A stretch of DNA of 52,020 bases from a virus. Taxonomy: Duplodnaviria; Caudoviricetes. Made by a program: the position numbers and the translations under genes. How positions within the stretch are numbered: the first letter of the stretch is position 1; each line of letters starts with the position of its first letter. The notes under the pieces are model-generated. The model did not search any database. It saw only the letters and a program-made list of their open reading frames with translations, and had not been told where the DNA came from. The stretch covers positions 1 through 52,020 of IMG/VR virus record IMGVR_UViG_3300037706_000027; one strand, given 5' to 3'. Of the stretch, positions 46,551 to 52,020 are shown in pieces.

Positions 46551-47146
46551 CCGACTTTCCGGTTCACGTCGCCGCATGGGAACACCAGTGTGAGCATTCC
46601 GGCCCCATCGTCGAGGCTGCTGAACTGCCCACCATTCGACCGCGCGGTCGCTCGCCCGTCTGGATCGACGCCCTGGTCGGCTGTTACCCGTATCTGGACT
46701 CCGCCTGGCAGAGCTGGCAGGACAAGGTCGATGTTATCGATATGGGCGGTGATGTATCACGAGGCCGAATCGTTCCTGCCGCCATTCAGTGGACCAAGGA
46801 GCGCGGCAAGGACATGCGCGATGTTTCGTCGATACCGCGCGAGTCGATGGACTTGGTGTTCGCGTCACACAGCATCGAGCACATCGAGTCCCTTGAAGTT
46901 CCGGCGATGCTGACTGCGTGGATCAGTCTGCTCCGTTCCAGTGGCGAGATGTACATTGCTGGTCCGCACCGCTGCTCCGAACGCTGGTCGCCGATCCTGA
47001 ATCCCGCCGTGCGCGATGTTCATCTCTGGGCGCCTACCGCAGCGTGCATCGGTAATTATCTTATTGCGCAAGGCATGCGGCTGTTGGCGGTCGATACGTG
47101 CATCACAGAGCGGCACATGTGGTATGTCTGGCTGAGGAAACTATGA
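46547..47146 (+). CDS. Class I SAM-dependent methyltransferase
   Basis: VIDMGG, DLVFASHSIEH, LRSSGEMYI. Confidence 0.78.
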   Translation: MTDFPVHVAAWEHQCEHSGPIVEAAELPTIRPRGRSPVWIDALVGCYPYLDSAWQSWQDKVDVIDMGGDVSRGRIVPAAIQWTKERGKDMRDVSSIPRESMDLVFASHSIEHIESLEVPAMLTAWISLLRSSGEMYIAGPHRCSERWSPILNPAVRDVHLWAPTAACIGNYLIAQGMRLLAVDTCITERHMWYVWLRKL

Positions 47147-47574
47147 CACGACCCCAATACGATGCGCTGAGCCCACGAGAGAAAGACGCACTGGTTGCGG
47201 AACACGTCATGGGCTGGCGCGTTCGGAAAAGCAAGTACGGTCACTGGGTCGTCAGCGTACCGGGCGAGGATAGCAGCCGTGAGGATGGCTACGGCCTTGA
47301 CCAGTTCGATGGCATGACGGGACGGAACATCGAACGTCAGTGGTGGGACGAGATCGACGATGTCCCGGCTTACACGTCAGACATCAGCGCAGCATGGAAA
47401 GTAGTGGATAAGATGCTGATCGCTGGGGCCGACGCAAGAATGATGAGCATGCTGGATGGTGGCTGGCGCACGGCGTTCATGACCACGCAAGAACTACATG
47501 AGGCCGCTGCCGACTCTGCACCTGAAAGCATTTGCGCGGCCGCTCTGATAGCGAGAGGAGTACTGACACCGTGA
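47143..47574 (+). CDS. Phage ABA-sandwich (BC1872-like) protein
   Basis: DALVAEHVMGW, PAYTSDISAAWKVV, APESICAAAL. Confidence 0.72.
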   Translation: MTRPQYDALSPREKDALVAEHVMGWRVRKSKYGHWVVSVPGEDSSREDGYGLDQFDGMTGRNIERQWWDEIDDVPAYTSDISAAWKVVDKMLIAGADARMMSMLDGGWRTAFMTTQELHEAAADSAPESICAAALIARGVLTP

Positions 47575-47587
47575 GGCCGGACGCCAA

Positions 47588-48139
47588 ATGAAACGCGCCT
47601 TCGTCGTCGTCGGCCCCGAGTCCAGCGGCAATCGCCTCCTCGCCGCGCTCCTGGTCCGCGCCGGTTGCTTCGGCCACGGTTGGGAAGCCGAAAGCGATCT
47701 GCCGCTGCACCACACGCCGGCCGTTGTGACACGGAGTTACCCGCACGGCAACGAGTGGCCGGATCTCCGGGACATCTACCGGACGCTTCGGGACCGTGGC
47801 TACATGGTGCAGGCGCTCGTGACATGCCGCGATCTGTTCTGCACGATCGAATCACAGCATGCGTCCCAGCATCATCCGCGCGAGCTTGCGGCGGGCAACG
47901 TGACGCGGGCTATCGGGTCGATCTTCGCGCAACTGGCGGATCTCAACTGCGCGTGGACGCTGGTTCCGTACGAGTCGCTGATCCTGCACCCGATCGACGC
48001 CGTGCACCGGCTGCTCGAACGGCTGGACTTGCCCGTCGGCAATCTCGGGTCAGCGTTCGTAGTCGATGGCACGGAACACGAAACGATCAGCGACGGGAAC
48101 TGGAAACATTTCGACGTCAAATATTTGCCGGAGGAATAA
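47588..48139 (+). CDS. Sulfotransferase-like P-loop protein
   Basis: VVGPESSGNRLL (5'-PSB-like), LVTCRD..S (3'-PB-like), VPYESLILHP. Confidence 0.65.
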   Translation: MKRAFVVVGPESSGNRLLAALLVRAGCFGHGWEAESDLPLHHTPAVVTRSYPHGNEWPDLRDIYRTLRDRGYMVQALVTCRDLFCTIESQHASQHHPRELAAGNVTRAIGSIFAQLADLNCAWTLVPYESLILHPIDAVHRLLERLDLPVGNLGSAFVVDGTEHETISDGNWKHFDVKYLPEE

Positions 48140-48142
48140 AAA

Positions 48143-48580
48143 ATGGGGAAAGACCTTGGGAGCACAGGTGTGCCGGAATGGATCGTGAACAATTTGGGCG
48201 AACTGGGTGTGCGTGTTGGCGGCCGGTTCTTCTTCCTGTACAAAGGAAGGAGCTTGGAGTACCGCAACGACGGTGACCCAGATGAACGCCTCATGCGGTA
48301 CCGGCCAGTGGGCAAAAGAGAGTTCGGGGAGACATGCCAACCGCTTGGCTTGGACCGCCTGACGGATCGATATGACGAGGAAACTGGCGGAGAGTGGAAA
48401 ATCTTGCCGCTCGTCCCGCATGGCCCCGCCTTCACTTGGGACATGGTGGAAATGCTGCGCCTCAAGGCAGAAGATCCCGAAGATGACTGGCAAAACCTTC
48501 TGATCGAGACGGCAAACGTGATCGAATCGCTACTACAAACGCAACGACGCGTGGGCAACGAAACACGCTCGGAGGGATGA
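48143..48580 (+). CDS. Hypothetical protein
   Basis: GGAGG RBS; WIVNNLGELGV, FFLYKGRS, RPVGKREFGE. Confidence 0.65.
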   Translation: MGKDLGSTGVPEWIVNNLGELGVRVGGRFFFLYKGRSLEYRNDGDPDERLMRYRPVGKREFGETCQPLGLDRLTDRYDEETGGEWKILPLVPHGPAFTWDMVEMLRLKAEDPEDDWQNLLIETANVIESLLQTQRRVGNETRSEG

Positions 48581-50166
48581 TGCTGATTGCTCGCTGTGTA
48601 TGCGGTGGCGACGGGTTTCGAGATCCCGAGATCCTGAACGGGCTTCCGATACGAACATGTTCGTCCTGCGGCGTCATGCATCAGGCGGTGCCGATGACGC
48701 CAGACGAATACGTCCGCTACTACGAGACCGAATATCACAGCGAGGTGCAGCATGCCCTCGGCCGGCAGAGCTACGAGGAACGCTATGACCACGATCGCAT
48801 GGTTGCCCGGCTCCGGCTCGATGATTACGGCCCCCTTGTGGGTCGGCTGCTGGACATAGGTAGCGGTAACAATGCCTTCGTGGACGAGTGCATCGCGGAC
48901 GCGGTCGACGCGGTTGGCTTGGACTTGGGCGGCCCGCTTGATCCGGCCAGGACATACATCGGCGCGCTGAAGGATCAGAACTTCCCGACCGGCCATTTCA
49001 GCACGATCACGATGCACGATGTGCTGGAGCACGTTCCCGACCCAGTTGCGCTGCTCACCGAATGCCGCCGCATCATGGCAGACGATGGACGGCTGATCGT
49101 GGACTTCCCCGCGTTCTGGGCGTCCGAGGGTGTCCACCACTGGCGGCCGACGCAACATCTCTGGATGCTCACATTGGAACAGCTTGAGCGCCTCCTGTAC
49201 GACACGGGCTTTAACACGTTCGAGACACACATCCCGATTCCGTCCAAGATCGTGATCCACGCGAAGCCGAAGCCCGTCGTCCGAAAACGCGCGCTGGTGC
49301 TCTCCGGCATAGGCGACATCTACTGGACCGCCGTCGGGATGCCGGGATTCTTCCGCGCCGAACGAGTCGAGGCCCCACCGGATGTATTCGTGTGGAACTT
49401 CGACGAGCGTCCGCGCAGTCTCGAATACGTCGAGCGGCTTCCGTTCTGCCGGGCCGCCGGTTACGTCGAGCACGACAAGCACACGCCGGAGTTCCACGAA
49501 GCGTATATAAAAAACGGTCGCAGCGTGTTTCCGGGTTACTTGGGATACGACTGGTTCCTGAGCGCTAACGGGAAGCTGCGCAACGGCACGACGCTGGCAG
49601 ACACGTTCCCGCACGGCACCGACTGGTATCCGCCGCTGTTCAGATCGCTCCGGGAACGCGCATTCCAAGCCGAGTACGCCAATCTCGCGCCCTACGTCCT
49701 CGCCTACGTTTCGAATCACGGCATGTTCACCCGATGGGTCCGTGCATGGAACGAGCACCGTCTGGCCGGAATGCTGACAAAGATCCAGCGCGAAGCCAAC
49801 GTGCGGATCGTGTTCACCGGCTCCGGGTGGGACAAGCCTTTCGCCGATCGCGTCGCCCGTCTCGTGCCGAATGCGCTGAGCCTGGTCGGCGAAACGGACA
49901 TGGATCAGCTCTTCGGCCTCATGCGCTCCGCTGCGGGCTTCGTCGGCCTCTGCGGGGGCAATACCATCGTGGCAACGTCGCTTCGCGTCCCGACCGTGAT
50001 GCTATGGTCGAGCTTCTTCCAGAATCAGACGTTCTTCCCAAACTGCGTCCCGCCCGACTCGGTCGGGAACTGGTATGAGCCGTTCGTCGTCGAGCGGTCG
50101 CACCCGGATCAGGCGGCAAACGCGATGATCAAGATGCTCAGAGCGAGACAAGAGGAGGCGGCATGA
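48577..50166 (+). CDS. Fusion of zinc-ribbon/SAM methyltransferase and GT9-like glycosyltransferase
   Basis: LLDIGSG and HDVLEHVPDP; then SGIGDIYW, SLVGETDMDQL, LRVPTVML. Confidence 0.8.
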   Translation: MMLIARCVCGGDGFRDPEILNGLPIRTCSSCGVMHQAVPMTPDEYVRYYETEYHSEVQHALGRQSYEERYDHDRMVARLRLDDYGPLVGRLLDIGSGNNAFVDECIADAVDAVGLDLGGPLDPARTYIGALKDQNFPTGHFSTITMHDVLEHVPDPVALLTECRRIMADDGRLIVDFPAFWASEGVHHWRPTQHLWMLTLEQLERLLYDTGFNTFETHIPIPSKIVIHAKPKPVVRKRALVLSGIGDIYWTAVGMPGFFRAERVEAPPDVFVWNFDERPRSLEYVERLPFCRAAGYVEHDKHTPEFHEAYIKNGRSVFPGYLGYDWFLSANGKLRNGTTLADTFPHGTDWYPPLFRSLRERAFQAEYANLAPYVLAYVSNHGMFTRWVRAWNEHRLAGMLTKIQREANVRIVFTGSGWDKPFADRVARLVPNALSLVGETDMDQLFGLMRSAAGFVGLCGGNTIVATSLRVPTVMLWSSFFQNQTFFPNCVPPDSVGNWYEPFVVERSHPDQAANAMIKMLRARQEEAA

Positions 50167-50495
50167 TGTTCACGGCTGACGAGGTCCAACACATTCACGA
50201 TGCATACAAGCTGACCGTAGATCGCCAGCAGAATGAGATCGGTCGTCTACGGTCCAGGGTATCCGAGGTCGAAGCGGAGCGAGATAAGATGTTCGATTCC
50301 GCCGTTGCCTGCGGGGTGCAGCTGGCCTCGCAGGAGAACTTCGGCACCGCGTCAGTTACAGTCAGCGTTACGATCGCGTCAACGTTGCTACTGTCGGTTC
50401 CGTCTCCGGACCAACTGTATGCGCATATCGTGAATGGCTTGTACGAACAATTGAAGCGTAGGTCGATCAAATTTGATCATTTGGAATCACCATGA
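50163..50495 (+). CDS. Hypothetical coiled-coil protein
   Basis: Coupled ORF with RBS. Confidence 0.55.
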   Translation: MMFTADEVQHIHDAYKLTVDRQQNEIGRLRSRVSEVEAERDKMFDSAVACGVQLASQENFGTASVTVSVTIASTLLLSVPSPDQLYAHIVNGLYEQLKRRSIKFDHLESP

Positions 50496-51079
50496 CCCAC
50501 GCCCTAATCCTCGGCGGCGCTGATTGCCTCTGGTCCGATCTCGACCAGCTCCGCGAACTCGCTGGCGAATGGACTGGCCTCGTGATCGCAACCAATATGG
50601 CGGGCGTCCACTACCCCGGCCGTGTGGACCACTGGGTGACGCGGCATCCGAACTTCATGTACGAGGGCCGGTTTCCGTTTGAATCCTCGCCGTCGTGGAT
50701 GGAACAGCGTGCGGAACGAGGCGGCAATACCGACATGGTGACGTGGAGTCACAAGACGGGATGGCCTACTCGCATGGTCGAGGACTGGGATGGCAGTACT
50801 GGGCTAACGGCGGTGACCGTGGCGGTCGAACTCGATGTCCTCGGAACACTCTGTGGGCTTCCGATGGACGTGCGCGGTCATTTCGACAACGGGAAGTCTC
50901 GCCGCGGCCGAGTCTGGCCGAAGGCGTTGGGCTACCAGAAGCATTGGCTCGCTGTCATGGACAGGATCAAGCCACGGCTGCGGTCGTTCAGCGGGTGGAC
51001 GGCAGAGCAATTCGGCAAGCCGGATGTGGAGTGGTTTCAGATGGCGGGCATTCCTGAACCGGATTGGGACAAGGGGTGA
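50492..51079 (+). CDS. Rossmann-like protein resembling DUF115/Maf or sialyltransferase-like domains
   Basis: ALILGGA, VIATN, DHWVTRHP, GSTGL, LCGLPMD pattern. Confidence 0.5.
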   Translation: MTHALILGGADCLWSDLDQLRELAGEWTGLVIATNMAGVHYPGRVDHWVTRHPNFMYEGRFPFESSPSWMEQRAERGGNTDMVTWSHKTGWPTRMVEDWDGSTGLTAVTVAVELDVLGTLCGLPMDVRGHFDNGKSRRGRVWPKALGYQKHWLAVMDRIKPRLRSFSGWTAEQFGKPDVEWFQMAGIPEPDWDKG

Positions 51080-51270
51080 TGCCTGGCCGTAAACTGCGCC
51101 TCGCCGTGGCGTGCCCCCATTGCCATCTGCGGCCCCGGCTCCGAACATGCGAGGCGCAGCGACTGTCAGTGCAGCGCGATGACCCCGAAGAGTATGTAGT
51201 CGAGTACCAGTGCCAAGGTTGCAACCGCGAATACTGGATCACGAAGAAAGCGTTTCAGGAGGCGGCATGA
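51076..51270 (+). CDS. Small zinc-finger protein
   Basis: CPHC...CQGC. Confidence 0.6.
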   Translation: MMPGRKLRLAVACPHCHLRPRLRTCEAQRLSVQRDDPEEYVVEYQCQGCNREYWITKKAFQEAA

Positions 51271-51488
51271 GGCTCACTTTCAATCTGCCATCCAACGTGC
51301 TCGATGCGGGTTACATGCGGATCAAGGACCCCGAAACTCACAAAATTACCATCGTTCCAGTGGTTGCCCGAGATGGCGACCTCTGCACGATCGAGGTCCC
51401 GGATGATCACCCGTTTTGCAAAGCGGCCGCATCCGGATCGATGGACAATGTGTCATTGGGGTTCGAGGTGCGAGGGCCGATCCGGTAG
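51267..51488 (+). CDS. Hypothetical protein
   Basis: AGGAGG RBS. Confidence 0.5.
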   Translation: MRLTFNLPSNVLDAGYMRIKDPETHKITIVPVVARDGDLCTIEVPDDHPFCKAAASGSMDNVSLGFEVRGPIR

Positions 51489-51502
51489 TGGCTCCATCCA
51501 CC

Positions 51503-51531
51503 TTGACCCGCAACCCATTGCGGTGTAACAT
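51503..51531 (+). promoter_or_regulatory. Candidate late promoter
   Basis: TTGACC-17 nt-TAACAT. Confidence 0.6.
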
Positions 51532-51563
51532 GTAATCACAATTCAGCGTGAGGCGCTACCACG

Positions 51564-51603
51564 AGGCCCCTGCCCGGCGTGTGTCCGGGGTAGGGGCCTT
51601 TGT
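51564..51603 (+). terminator. GC-rich hairpin, intrinsic terminator-like, in the late leader
   Basis: AGGCCCCTGCCC...GGGTAGGGGCCT followed by TTGT. Confidence 0.65.
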
Positions 51604-51623
51604 CATCTGGAGGCACAGATAAG

Positions 51624-51908
51624 GTGCCGAAGCCGCTCTATCGAGGCTCGTACCCACGCCGCTCCAAGGCCATACGGGAAGCCGCCCAGCAGAACCCGGC
51701 AACCCGGTGCTGGCGCTGTGGACGCACCTACATCGAGGCGCTCAGGCTGTGGGGGCCCAAGGGTGCAGCATGGCAGAGCGGGCATGTGGTCGATGGGCAC
51801 CCCGGCAGCCCCCTGGCTGCGGAGCATGCCCGGTGCAACAAACGGGCTGGTGCCAAGAAGGGGGGCGAGGCACTGAGGCGGCCCGAAGTGCTGTCGCCCA
51901 ATGCGTAG
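51624..51908 (+). CDS. Terminase-associated HNH endonuclease
   Basis: CWRCG, WQSGHV, LAAEHARCN; precedes terS if the genome is circularised. Confidence 0.8.
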   Translation: MPKPLYRGSYPRRSKAIREAAQQNPATRCWRCGRTYIEALRLWGPKGAAWQSGHVVDGHPGSPLAAEHARCNKRAGAKKGGEALRRPEVLSPNA

Positions 51909-52020
51909 TGGGGTGTAAATGCACCTAGATTGCATCTATAATGCACTCTCATGGCATCGAAGTGCGTTCAAATGGTGTGAAAAACCCATGTCCGTTTTTT
52001 TGGACATGTCGTCGTCGGAC

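Noticed and set aside
47872-49758. 628-aa reverse-strand ORF
   Set aside because: Antisense to clear transferase genes.
1-52020. tRNA genes, reverse transcriptase/DGR, canonical cas genes, DNA polymerase
   Set aside because: None recognised by eye; a tRNAscan/Infernal and HMM search would be needed to exclude them.

Overview
This window looks like a near-complete or complete ~52 kb, GC-rich temperate tailed phage (siphovirus-type) genome, opened just before the small terminase gene. Gene order: packaging and HK97-type head (50-4889); head-tail joining, tail tube, chaperone with a -1 frameshift site, tape measure and large tail/receptor-binding proteins (5245-19722); membrane and lysis genes (19736-22526); a reverse-strand GT87-like membrane glycosyltransferase; a divergent CI/Cro-like switch with TTCAA-N6-TTGAA operators (24-25 kb); an early operon with RecE/RecT-like, exonuclease, Xis-like and tyrosine integrase genes plus an attP-like region; a DNA methyltransferase; a reverse-strand small-gene cassette ending in an HTH gene; an initiator with internal iterons and a DnaC-like loader; a glycosyl/methyl/sulfotransferase cluster (45.7-51.1 kb); and a late promoter, terminator and HNH gene. 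The standout feature is a non-coding array of 84 pentamers (GGY-NN: conserved trinucleotide, variable dinucleotide) at 27275-27696, directly upstream of a lone Cas7/RAMP-like gene (27723-28361), with no other cas genes or CRISPR array. It is a candidate phage-encoded RNA-guided system using a non-contiguous dinucleotide code. All protein calls come from motifs and synteny read by eye; no database search was run.
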